Made by a program: the position numbers and the translations under genes. The notes under the pieces are model-generated. The model had not been told where the DNA came from. It made no database searches and saw only the letters and a list, made by a program, of their open reading frames with translations. 64,000 nucleotides of DNA from a virus (taxonomy: Duplodnaviria > Caudoviricetes): positions 6,080 through 70,079 of IMG/VR virus record IMGVR_UViG_3300005611_000014; one strand, 5' to 3'. This document shows, piece after piece, positions 46,701 to 54,790 of this stretch. The stretch's first letter is position 1, and each line of letters opens with the position of its first letter.

Positions 46701-49466
46701 AGGTCTAGGAATAATAGTTACATTATTCTCCGTTCTATTATTTAGTAATTCGCTGTCACTGGGTTGGCCTGTTAAGTTGCTGCCCCATACAGCACCTACA
46801 GTTGCATTATCGTCCGGTTTACCTGTCCCGTTTATTTGTGTTCCCCAATCTACAGAGTTTGCTTGAGCCAATGCACCGGCATTAGCAAAATCGCCAATAC
46901 TTATTGTGCCTTGGTTAGCTAAAGTAATGTTGCCTGCTATAGATAAAGTTGACCCATCCCAAGAAAGATAGTTGCTTGCATCCCCATTTAAATAAAAATT
47001 ACCTGTATTATCCATGTATGATTGGAATTGCGTACCGTCATAAAAACCTAAATGAGTAGCTGTTAAGTTCAAACCTGTGCTGGGTGTATCACTTAACCTA
47101 ACAGGTATATTTCCTAAATTTGTTCCCCACGTAGCACCTACAGTAGCTATTTCAGTCCATTCGCCCGCAGAATAACCTGTTGCCCTGTCTGCTGTTGCAC
47201 GTTTTACCGATGAACCATCACTCCATAAGTCACCAATATCGTATGGGCCAGTAGGCTGTACTACAAAAACTCTACGCTTACTATCTGCAGTATCTTGTGC
47301 TGTGCTTGCATTTTTTAGTGCAGCAATAATCCCAGAGTCTGCAGCTTGCAGTGTCCAAATATATTCCCATCCTGCTACCCCACTAACTTTCTGAAAGCGA
47401 TAAGCTGTTTCATTTGCAGTGTTGTAGTATAGATCTCCTACATGATCGTCTTTTATTAAGTCGGTAGTCCAACTGTTTGCAGGAGCATTAGCTAATGTAG
47501 GATTTACAGTGTAAAACCAACTAGTAACATTACCGTCTATTTGATCTAGTATTTTGTCAGTTAATGTCTGTAAAGCGAAAGTAGCATCTGCGTAATTTTT
47601 AGCAGCATTTTCTGCAGCATCTGCTTTTGTTTGCGCTCCACTTGGAGTTTCTGCACCAATACCTGTTGTTGTAACCTGTCCTGCGCCTGCACCGGATAAT
47701 GTACCGTTAGCATTAATAGTTATACTTTGGTTATTTATTACTTCTGTTCCGGTCAAAGAAGCAATATTGGCAGGCATATCTGTAAAGCTAGAAAACCCAG
47801 TACTGTTTTCCGTAATAGTAATTTTTCCTCTAACTTCAAACGTATCATTCGTTACGTTGTAAACTAAACCATTAATACCATCACTAGTTATTCCAAAAAT
47901 TACGTCAGTACCGTCATTGTAGAAACCTACTCTACCTTCGAGACCATTTACATCTGTCTTCACTTCCCATCGAGCTTCAACACCGTCTACAGAAGTAGTT
48001 AGTGTGCTTATGTCTGAAGTATGATTACCTACTGTAGTAGAAAGAGTTGTGTAATCCCCTGCAATAGCTAAGATAACACCCTCTGTCGTATCTACTCTAC
48101 CGGATAAGGTGGAAATTGCAGTAGCGTTAGCACCAACTTGAGTAGTTAAGTCTACGTAATCCGTATCTTCAGTATAGTATGTAGCATTAGGGGGCGTAGC
48201 ATTAGGGGGTGTTTGCGTAGCAATAACGTCATAGTAGGAGCCACCATAAGAAAAGAAGTCACCTATTTGGTAATTATAGTTTTCATCAAAAACCGCTACA
48301 GATAATCCTGCTACGGTAGCCTGTACTGCTGTTACGCTTTCACTTAAAGCTATAATTCCGTCTTCTGCTTCTGTCATACTAGTAGTTAAACTAGTTGTTG
48401 CGTCTACTGCTACATTTACTAAATTATCTAGATCTGTATAGTTGATTTGTAATGCATTTATGTCTACAGAATGCGCATTAACTAAATCGTCTATTAAACC
48501 TACTGTTGTACTTAAGGTATTTTGTGCACCTGTTACTACAGATACGCTATTATTTGTATTACTTAGCGCGTTATTTAGTGTAGTGACATCCGATGCTACA
48601 GCTATATAGTCCTGCTCTGTTTGAGTAACCCTGTTTGTTAAGGCAGTAGTAGCGTTACTTTGTGCAGTAACACCTCCCTCAGTATTTGTTACTCTGGCTT
48701 CTAATGCAGTAATATCTGAAGTATTAACTGCAGTGGCATTTTCAGTATTAGTTACTCTATTAGTTAAAGAGGATAAGGCTATACCTGCTGCATCAATATC
48801 ATTTATAGTATCTGTTATACTGGCTGTCAGAGCTACAATATCTTCCGAAATAGATTCTATACTTGCTTCGGTTGCAACAGTACGCGAATTTAGTAGACTT
48901 AGGGCAGTAGATGTTGAACTAATTTCGCCAGATAAAGAGGTTTGAAGTTCTTCTACGCTTGTGCTTAAGGTTTCTACACCGTCTTCTGTAGTTACTACAC
49001 GGGTATCTAGTAAATCTAGAGCTGTACCTTGAGTAGTGGCTGTATCTAATATAGTAACTTGCGCAGTTTCTAAATCCGTAACCCTGCTTTCACTAGATAT
49101 TACCAGAGTATCTGATGCATCCAATCTATCTAATATAGTAGCTAAATTATCAATGATACTTAGAATACTCGTATTAGTACTTTCTTGGTCTGAAGTGAGA
49201 CTAGTAGTAAATGTAGCTATTATTTGCATTAATGCATCATTAGCATCTGCAGCATTTGTTGTTACTTCTGCCCTTAATGCATCCATTTTTGCGTTTAACG
49301 TAGCAATATCGCCTATAATATCTACATTAGCTTCCGCAATATTAGCTGCAATACTGTTAATGCTATCCAGATTATCCGCAACTAATTTTATGGCATCGTA
49401 TGCTGTACCTACTAAATCCTGTACTACACCTACTTCGCAAGCAGGTAGTGTTGGTTTTAAACCCAT
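43794..49466 (-). CDS. Tail fibre / receptor-binding protein, 1890 aa, modular
   Basis: N-terminal virion-anchor region and a long heptad coiled coil (LTNRVTxTE repeats). A CBM5/12-like YQIGDFFSYGGSYYDVI motif and a DUF1983-like VDGVEARWEVKTDVNG. Internal repeats. C-terminal FRGIHAG chaperone-like domain. Confidence 0.8.
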   Translation of the reverse strand: MGLKPTLPACEVGVVQDLVGTAYDAIKLVADNLDSINSIAANIAEANVDIIGDIATLNAKMDALRAEVTTNAADANDALMQIIATFTTSLTSDQESTNTSILSIIDNLATILDRLDASDTLVISSESRVTDLETAQVTILDTATTQGTALDLLDTRVVTTEDGVETLSTSVEELQTSLSGEISSTSTALSLLNSRTVATEASIESISEDIVALTASITDTINDIDAAGIALSSLTNRVTNTENATAVNTSDITALEARVTNTEGGVTAQSNATTALTNRVTQTEQDYIAVASDVTTLNNALSNTNNSVSVVTGAQNTLSTTVGLIDDLVNAHSVDINALQINYTDLDNLVNVAVDATTSLTTSMTEAEDGIIALSESVTAVQATVAGLSVAVFDENYNYQIGDFFSYGGSYYDVIATQTPPNATPPNATYYTEDTDYVDLTTQVGANATAISTLSGRVDTTEGVILAIAGDYTTLSTTVGNHTSDISTLTTSVDGVEARWEVKTDVNGLEGRVGFYNDGTDVIFGITSDGINGLVYNVTNDTFEVRGKITITENSTGFSSFTDMPANIASLTGTEVINNQSITINANGTLSGAGAGQVTTTGIGAETPSGAQTKADAAENAAKNYADATFALQTLTDKILDQIDGNVTSWFYTVNPTLANAPANSWTTDLIKDDHVGDLYYNTANETAYRFQKVSGVAGWEYIWTLQAADSGIIAALKNASTAQDTADSKRRVFVVQPTGPYDIGDLWSDGSSVKRATADRATGYSAGEWTEIATVGATWGTNLGNIPVRLSDTPSTGLNLTATHLGFYDGTQFQSYMDNTGNFYLNGDASNYLSWDGSTLSIAGNITLANQGTISIGDFANAGALAQANSVDWGTQINGTGKPDDNATVGAVWGSNLTGQPSDSELLNNRTENNVTIIPRPVGASIYTGGAVNGVIVVNLPQGWTNTMMRMFVDVYNYATGESLTLAVGGYNKTATSRWDNTFAQITGSTASDNRVRFGINPSGKCCIVIGETTTVWEYPNVTVRDFQASYLNQAISNWADNWSITFTSSLTGYSFPGSVADYADALIDANKIVGQGALATASTADWATQVSGTGKPANNATVGAEWGVNLDAIPAFLETPSGTGLFVSNTRMGYLDAGTWRTYMDNAGHFYLNNGSSTNSLIWNGSTLSVRGDILATSIAASTTITAPTIVGGTLAAGNITVAGTLTATSGGASAVLGAKTLDSKTALMSVVQSGDTKFAVYSDGSATFKGGITITSGNGYGNLTDKPTSIGTINALEGSKLAGIADGATVGATWGSNINGQPSDTLLLNNLIDSSIWEAGQTGDIGDFVFLTSSSNQSRVLGNGPHNVEEILWKTVYTGSSSLGGFLTPTINVNNTKSYRLSIWAKRTVSSGQVRLRINTPVTNIQTASNHTWIGALQGVSLPIDEWCLLVTTVLSKDTTLNSYTGNTTFYEKSTGAKGVSLGDYKFQASTTTLQMGVDLSAANASTEVFYARPRIDLIDGSEPTIEELLGYPNQLVPETTQGLNITATHLGYYDGSQWQSYMDNQGFFYLNGDANNYLAWNGTTLEIKGTIEATSVKANTSISSPTITGGTISGNTITGSTLQTASGSVERVVINSITNSLEGYWDSGNGVEQNIKIGNVSLSGITYGAVIGSGTYEGRGLAVSTVGIDKSGIYSQSTGWGGQGVIGYGKMQGMKGSSDYGTGVLGQTIGGLAFNARNGGYGSFRGIHAGLIPQSIIDTLPGATASARRGEAQYRVCIAAGIDDSNTADMPIILLDLPDGTYDIKHFGVIQKVMPIGGIPDSEMADLFYPIDVSAYDSTHYACLVCTAGISKVKIYGASAIGQNVCTYLDKGLVTWTSSDDERVLGRVLFPTSGASEHETYIKMVR

Positions 49467-50164
49467 CCTTTTGCCCTTATGTCAGAAGAATTTGCGGAAT
49501 CGCCTACTAACCCTTTACGTTTATAGTCTCGTTTAAGTATTTGATACTTATTCTCTAAGGTAATAGCTTTATTTATTAGTTCCTGTGTACTGTGTTTTGC
49601 ATACACCTTAGCTGTAACAAAAGTAAGCAGAGCTTCAAGTAAAGCATAAGGTAGGTTAAAGGTTTGCTCGCAGTTTATGTGATGTACATCGCTATCCAGC
49701 TTGTTAGGGGCGGCTCGATACATAACATATAAGGCATTATTTTCATTAGGACATCGAACTTGTAATGTATCTACTTCAGGAATAAAAACACTAGTAGGGT
49801 CTTCGCTATCTTCTATAGGAATTACTTCACCTAATTCATTAAATACTTCGTCTATTCTGAGAACTCGCTCATAAAGAGGATTATCTACAGTATCTATAAT
49901 GTACTTATTGGGTTCAGTAGAAGCAGTATTTGTAATGCAGTACTCTTTACGTAGATGATAAAGATGTACGTCTTCCATCATCTGTACATACGCTTGCTGT
50001 GTACGTAGAGGAAATTCGCTATATAGATCCAATAAACCTAGATTAATAAAATTTACAATTTGTTTGTAATTAAACGTACTAACCCCTTCTTCTAAATTTA
50101 AACCAAGATTAGTATTACTTAATTCTCCACTAATTAGGTGGTCAAAAACTTCAGATAATTGCAT
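49457..50164 (-). CDS. Head-tail connector/adaptor (N4 gp67-like)
   Basis: MQLSEVFDHLISGELSNTNLG...INLGLLDLYSEFPL. Lies between terminase and tail fibre. Confidence 0.75.
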   Translation of the reverse strand: MQLSEVFDHLISGELSNTNLGLNLEEGVSTFNYKQIVNFINLGLLDLYSEFPLRTQQAYVQMMEDVHLYHLRKEYCITNTASTEPNKYIIDTVDNPLYERVLRIDEVFNELGEVIPIEDSEDPTSVFIPEVDTLQVRCPNENNALYVMYRAAPNKLDSDVHHINCEQTFNLPYALLEALLTFVTAKVYAKHSTQELINKAITLENKYQILKRDYKRKGLVGDSANSSDIRAKGWV

Positions 50165-50199
50165 ACGGGGCTACCTGCTACTTAGATGTAAGTTGTATT

Positions 50200-51819
50200 C
50201 TACACAACGTATGAGCTAATACCTAGTGGTTCATCATCATCCTCCCAATCTTCCCATATACCGTCAGCATTCTGCTTCATATTGATGGTTTCTGTTGAAG
50301 GTTTAAATACAGGCATCACTGCTAACATGGATATAGTATCTGCAAAGTCATCATGCTTACTTTTAAAACCCTTCATTGAAACTAATTTAAGCTCATCCAT
50401 GCATTCCAGCATAGCAAAACTATTACGCATTTCTTCTGGAAAATTCATAATTCCTGCTTTAAACCAGGGCTGAATAAGCACAAATCGTTGATGTTTATTA
50501 CCTGTAGGATTAATACCTTCCACGCCACTATTCTTGTCAGAAGCCAAGGGAAAGAAAATATTACGTGCTAACATTTGCGTTTTAATCCATGAAACAAAAC
50601 CTTGCTGCTGTCCTGACACCTCGATACCTACAGACATCGGTTTATATTCTTGAGCTAATCTAAATAAATCATCTATATTTTGATCCATTTTCTGTTTAGC
50701 ACATACTCCGTCTACCCAGAACCAATGTCCTGCATTATTATATGCCCACACACTTATTACGCTAAAATCATTTGCTGCTTTGTCTTTAGTCGCAAAATCC
50801 GTAGTTATATAGTAATTGTAGTTACCTTTCGCAGATAGTAACGTTTGACGAGAATACCACTTTATTTCTGCATCTTGAATTAATCTATCTTCTTCTGACA
50901 TAATTCTCAGCATTAGCTCTTGGTTAAAGGTATCAATCTTTCCTAGTTTAAGGGCTTTATTATATTGTTTATTGACATAATCATAATCAAATCTATCAAC
51001 CCAACTTCCTCTAAATTCCTCTCTACTACAAGGAAATTTTTCACAAACAGGGAACACATTTACAGCCCATGCACCTGACTCAACTGCTTTGTATAATGGA
51101 TCTCTTGCATTAAAGGGTGTGCCGTTCCATATTATTCTTCTTCTTTTAGGATGCAAGGCATAATCTATAGCATTGTATACCGTATTTTCAATATTCTGTA
51201 TTACCGTAGGAGATTTAGCATCTAAGTCACTTATTAAGTCATCCAGTAAAGCTATAACAGGTCTACTATTGTTTTCCCTTGTACCCCTAACTCCTGTTTT
51301 AGCGCCATGCCCTGTAACAACAAGCTTAGTACCATTCTCTCTATGAAATTCCCACGTAGTGTCAGTGAACCGTATATGCGTTATATACTTTTTTAAGAAA
51401 TCAGAGTTTTCATATCTTAACTCTAAACTCTTACGCATTTTCTTAACACCGTTATCCATACTATCGGATACATACAGCATATACGGCACTTTACCAAATC
51501 CTTCCAGTACACCAAACACCGCAATATATAATATCAGGTACTCAAATAATGTGGTCTTGGCTAATCCTCGATGACACAAATTAATAATATCTTTTGCTGC
51601 AACATTTACATATTTATCTGCCATTCTGTAATGCACAACAGGTGTTACGTTTTCTGTTCTTCCTCCTTCAACTAACTTAATTAAATTAACAAACTTCAAA
51701 GAGAAATCACTAGGAATATACGTATTATCTATTTCGTAATTTACTTCATTTAAGTATTCTTCTACAGTTTTAGCAGTATTCTCTTCTTCATCTGTATATG
51801 CTGCAATATCAGTCGTCAT
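50200..51819 (-). CDS. Terminase large subunit (N4 gp68-like)
   Basis: Walker A CHRGLAKTT and Walker B IALLDDL. GTPFNARDPLYKAVESGAW. Nuclease motifs ITTDFAT and HDDFADTISML. Start placed at ATG 51819 behind GGGGAAG (track start 51843). Confidence 0.93.
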   Translation of the reverse strand: MTTDIAAYTDEEENTAKTVEEYLNEVNYEIDNTYIPSDFSLKFVNLIKLVEGGRTENVTPVVHYRMADKYVNVAAKDIINLCHRGLAKTTLFEYLILYIAVFGVLEGFGKVPYMLYVSDSMDNGVKKMRKSLELRYENSDFLKKYITHIRFTDTTWEFHRENGTKLVVTGHGAKTGVRGTRENNSRPVIALLDDLISDLDAKSPTVIQNIENTVYNAIDYALHPKRRRIIWNGTPFNARDPLYKAVESGAWAVNVFPVCEKFPCSREEFRGSWVDRFDYDYVNKQYNKALKLGKIDTFNQELMLRIMSEEDRLIQDAEIKWYSRQTLLSAKGNYNYYITTDFATKDKAANDFSVISVWAYNNAGHWFWVDGVCAKQKMDQNIDDLFRLAQEYKPMSVGIEVSGQQQGFVSWIKTQMLARNIFFPLASDKNSGVEGINPTGNKHQRFVLIQPWFKAGIMNFPEEMRNSFAMLECMDELKLVSMKGFKSKHDDFADTISMLAVMPVFKPSTETINMKQNADGIWEDWEDDDEPLGISSYVV

Positions 51820-52516
51820 CGACTTCCCCTGTATCATTATCAATGACCAATTTAGATTTTGCTACATCATCTGCAGTCATTAACTTATTCTGCAACATTT
51901 CTTTCTGCTGCAATACTAACGCTCTAGTTGTTGCCTCTAAATCTTTAATAATATCTGTAGAACGTGTACCAATATTAATATCTACACTTGTAACTTCCGG
52001 TGGCTTAAGCTGAACCAATAAACTATCTGCTGCATCTTGCTGTACTTTCTCACTTTTAGCAGTACGCATTAACGACACATTTTTCATAATAGCCTCCTGA
52101 TAATACTGCATATTAAGTACATGCACAGGCATTATTGTTTGCCCCATTATCATTTGAACCAATTTACCTCGATTATACGAACTTACATAACTGGATATTT
52201 CTTTATCAGTATAACCATCCTTAACCATACTAGCGTATCTTTCCGGTTGTGCTACGATATACGCTTCTTTATTGGTTTTATTCAACATCTTGGCGCTAAC
52301 ATACTTAACTGCAGCTAAATAATCTGTCAGCTTAAATCTACCATCTTGCAGCACAGTAGCAAATCCAACAATATTCTCCGCATAATGTTCTGCAAACATT
52401 GGATCAACACTTACACTATTAATTGCATCTACAATTTCATCTCCAACACTATTCTTCAACCGCTTAGGCAGCATTGCTATAAACGCTTCTTTAGTTACCG
52501 CTACATCAGTCATCAT
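51809..52516 (-). CDS. N4 gp69-like protein (putative terminase small subunit)
   Basis: DYLAAVKYVSAKML...YIVAQPERY...VSSYNRGKLVQMIMGQT and SEKVQQDAADSLLVQLKPPE. Directly upstream of the terminase large subunit. Confidence 0.75.
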   Translation of the reverse strand: MMTDVAVTKEAFIAMLPKRLKNSVGDEIVDAINSVSVDPMFAEHYAENIVGFATVLQDGRFKLTDYLAAVKYVSAKMLNKTNKEAYIVAQPERYASMVKDGYTDKEISSYVSSYNRGKLVQMIMGQTIMPVHVLNMQYYQEAIMKNVSLMRTAKSEKVQQDAADSLLVQLKPPEVTSVDINIGTRSTDIIKDLEATTRALVLQQKEMLQNKLMTADDVAKSKLVIDNDTGEVDDD

Positions 52517-52865
52517 TCATTCCTTCTTCTTCACTAATCCAAGTTTCTCTTACTTTACTCGCAGGACAAGTAGAATACCCGATATACAAAAAATACACCC
52601 TTGGTGCTATCTGTTCTACTAATATCAAATCTCTATCTTTTAACTCTTTCTTTCTTCTAGCCAATACTACCTTACTTATATCCAACGCTTTCATTATATA
52701 CTTATCACTAAAGTTCTGCCCATTTCTTAAACCAAGCATATAACCATACAATACTTTAGCTCCATCACTTAAGTTTCTATCTACAAAAACTCTCTTATCT
52801 ACTCTAGTAAACTGACTAGACGGATATAGTCCTCTTATAATCATATCTTTACTCTCACAGTCCAA
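52506..52865 (-). CDS. Winged helix-turn-helix DNA-binding protein
   Basis: LSDGAKVLYGYMLGL...SDKYIMKALDISKVVLARRKKELKDRDLI. First gene of the late strand. Confidence 0.7.
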   Translation of the reverse strand: MDCESKDMIIRGLYPSSQFTRVDKRVFVDRNLSDGAKVLYGYMLGLRNGQNFSDKYIMKALDISKVVLARRKKELKDRDLILVEQIAPRVYFLYIGYSTCPASKVRETWISEEEGMNDD

Positions 52866-53381
52866 AATACTAAATATACTCTTATTTATCCTCTATTAAT
52901 ACTGTACATATATACAGTGTGAGGTGTCATATATGATACCTGACATAAGGTATACTTTTTGAACCCCTATAAAAACGATACCCTATATAATACTAACTAC
53001 ACCATCCAAGGATACTGTCACAAGTTGCGCCCATCCGAAGGCTGAGGCTTACTTGTTTCCTTAAACCCAAAAACCCCAGCTCACTCTAGTCGTGATCCAA
53101 TAAATTAAGGCTGTATTCTTCTTCCTGTGCTCTTTTTAGTAGATAGACTACTGTTGGTTCATATATTAATTAAAAAGCTCTTAGAGAGCTTATACGTAGC
53201 TTGTAGTAAATTCATACTTTGGATTTTTGAAATATTGTAATGTAGGTAGAGGTGCAGCTTCTGTCTCCAAATACAGTAATTTCGAAATACCCCCCCGGTC
53301 ACTTTCTATTTTTCAAATTCTGATAACACCACCCCTTATGTCATTGGCAATCATGCCTCATATATTTAATGGAGAAATACT
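52866..53381. other. Late/early strand-switch region, expected location of the genome ends / direct terminal repeat
   Basis: No long ORF. Divergent gene blocks on either side. In N4 the termini lie between the terminase-side genes and the first early gene. Exact ends cannot be read from this sequence. Confidence 0.6.
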
Positions 53382-53600
53382 ATGTCTATATTCAAATCAG
53401 TAAGCTCAGTTGTAAACAAACTAGGCAATACTATAGAAAAGTCTCTAGATTTCGTAGATACCAGCGTTTCAGCCCTAAATGAAGTGGCTAAAGCAGGTGA
53501 ATTCGAAGCAAAAACTCTTTGTAAATCAAGCGAGTACGAGTACGAACAGAGTATGATCAAACTTGATTCACTTAAAGAATCTTCAAAAACCCTCTTATGA
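53382..53600 (+). CDS. Early hypothetical protein, 72 aa
   Basis: RBS GGAGAAATACT directly before ATG, and followed by a terminator. Confidence 0.75.
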   Translation: MSIFKSVSSVVNKLGNTIEKSLDFVDTSVSALNEVAKAGEFEAKTLCKSSEYEYEQSMIKLDSLKESSKTLL

Positions 53601-53611
53601 GGGTTATTTTT
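53588..53611 (+). terminator. Intrinsic terminator
   Basis: AACCCTC TTAT GAGGGTT followed by ATTTTT. Confidence 0.7.
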
Positions 53612-53771
53612 CTTTATAACACCTTATACACAACACCTTACACCTTAAGACAGAGTGCTAGAGCAGTGTTTCCTTCTACACAAACCCTTTCCTTACCCTT
53701 CATTCCGCTTTCCCTTTTGTCAATGGTGATCAATTCCGATTGCTATTTTATTAATTAATTTGGAGAAATAT

Positions 53772-54047
53772 ATGTCAATTTCAATTAAAGAAAGAGTTAA
53801 AGCTAATGATTCTGACTTCGCTAAAGCGGAGGCATTTGCGAATGGTGACTTAGTTGCCGTTAATAGCAAAGGTGAAGAAGTTCGTTTGCGCTTAGCAAAG
53901 GGATTAGCTTTAAGATCTGATCAGTCTAGTAATACTAAGGCTTGGTTGGATCATGCAAAGGCTAATCCTGACCATGAGTATACCTTAAAGGTCAAAGTCA
54001 ACTTTAATGTTGATGGTTCTGCGGATTTGGAAGATTTAACCTTCTAA
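53772..54047 (+). CDS. Early hypothetical protein, 91 aa (position where N4 carries gp2-like early genes)
   Basis: RBS TGGAGAAATAT before ATG 53772 (track start TTG 53760 is upstream of the RBS). Acidic end ADLEDLTF. Confidence 0.7.
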   Translation: MSISIKERVKANDSDFAKAEAFANGDLVAVNSKGEEVRLRLAKGLALRSDQSSNTKAWLDHAKANPDHEYTLKVKVNFNVDGSADLEDLTF

Positions 54048-54055
54048 ACCAAAAC

Positions 54056-54088
54056 AACTCTAGTTCTTCGGAGCTAGAGTTTTATTTT
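54056..54088 (+). terminator. Intrinsic terminator with a cUUCGg loop
   Basis: AACTCTAGTTC TTCG GAGCTAGAGTT followed by TTATTTT. Confidence 0.85.
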
Positions 54089-54113
54089 AATAAAGACAGA
54101 TTGGAGAAAGAAT

Positions 54114-54236
54114 ATGGTAGAAATTATATGTGAAACGCTGGTAGAAGCGATGGAACATGTTGGTAGAGATCAATGCCAGCAAATAAAGAGAGTAAATAAT
54201 AACTGGATAATGACATTGTATTATCCAGAAATGTAG
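54114..54236 (+). CDS. Small early protein, 40 aa (not in the ORF track)
   Basis: RBS TTGGAGAAAGAAT-ATG. MVEIICETLVEAMEHVGRDQCQQIKRVNNNWIMTLYYPEM. Bracketed by two terminators. Confidence 0.65.
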   Translation: MVEIICETLVEAMEHVGRDQCQQIKRVNNNWIMTLYYPEM

Positions 54237-54258
54237 AGAGGTTATCCTCTCTTTTTTT
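54235..54258 (+). terminator. Intrinsic terminator
   Basis: AGAGAGG TTAT CCTCTCT followed by TTTTTT. Confidence 0.8.
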
Positions 54259-54274
54259 ATGAGGGAGACAGATT

Positions 54275-54790
54275 ATGTATAAACATTTAAAAGATAGGCA
54301 TTTAGATGTACGTAGATACAGAGGAGTCGTTGTTACAGATGAAGTAGTAACATTTCCTTTATGGAATTTAGTAGGACAAATGGTTGGTTATCAGCAGTAC
54401 AGACCAAAAGGAGATAAGCAAGAAAGACGTAATCCAAAGCTAGGTAAGTACTTCACGTATTTGCCTAAAAATAATCATGTGACAGCATGGGGATTAGATG
54501 TATTAAATTTAGAAGATCGTAGAGTGTATTTACTGGAAGGTGTATTTAAAGCCTGTAGATTTCATAACTATGGACTAAATGCTTTAGCTGTATTGGGTAA
54601 TAATCCAAAACATTTAAGCGAGTGGTTAAGGAGTTTAGGGTATCACGTACATGCAGTATGTGATGGTGATACGGCTGGACGCAAATTAGGATATTTTGCT
54701 AATACTTGTACGTATTTACCGGAAGGTATGTATGTAGATGATATGAGCGTAGATGAGTTTAATCAATTACTTGGAGAAGTGACATGTTAA
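54275..54790 (+). CDS. Stand-alone Toprim-domain (DnaG-like primase fragment) protein
   Basis: PLWNLVGQMVGYQQY, VYLLEGVFKA (Toprim Glu), ALAVLGNN and VCDGDTAG (DxD). RBS GAGGGAG. Confidence 0.7.
   Translation: MYKHLKDRHLDVRRYRGVVVTDEVVTFPLWNLVGQMVGYQQYRPKGDKQERRNPKLGKYFTYLPKNNHVTAWGLDVLNLEDRRVYLLEGVFKACRFHNYGLNALAVLGNNPKHLSEWLRSLGYHVHAVCDGDTAGRKLGYFANTCTYLPEGMYVDDMSVDEFNQLLGEVTC

Noticed and set aside
43794-49466. Diversity-generating retroelement acting on the tail fibre repeats
   Set aside because: No reverse transcriptase is in the window, and the repeats are diverged at all codon positions rather than at adenines only.
53020-53760. Canonical N4 vRNAP hairpin promoters (template stem with C-GNA-G triloop, +1 eleven bases from the loop centre)
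   Set aside because: The TCCG-containing candidates (about 53034, 53704 and 53745) lack a proper stem or closing pair. The one perfect triloop hairpin has the wrong loop and no G at the expected +1.
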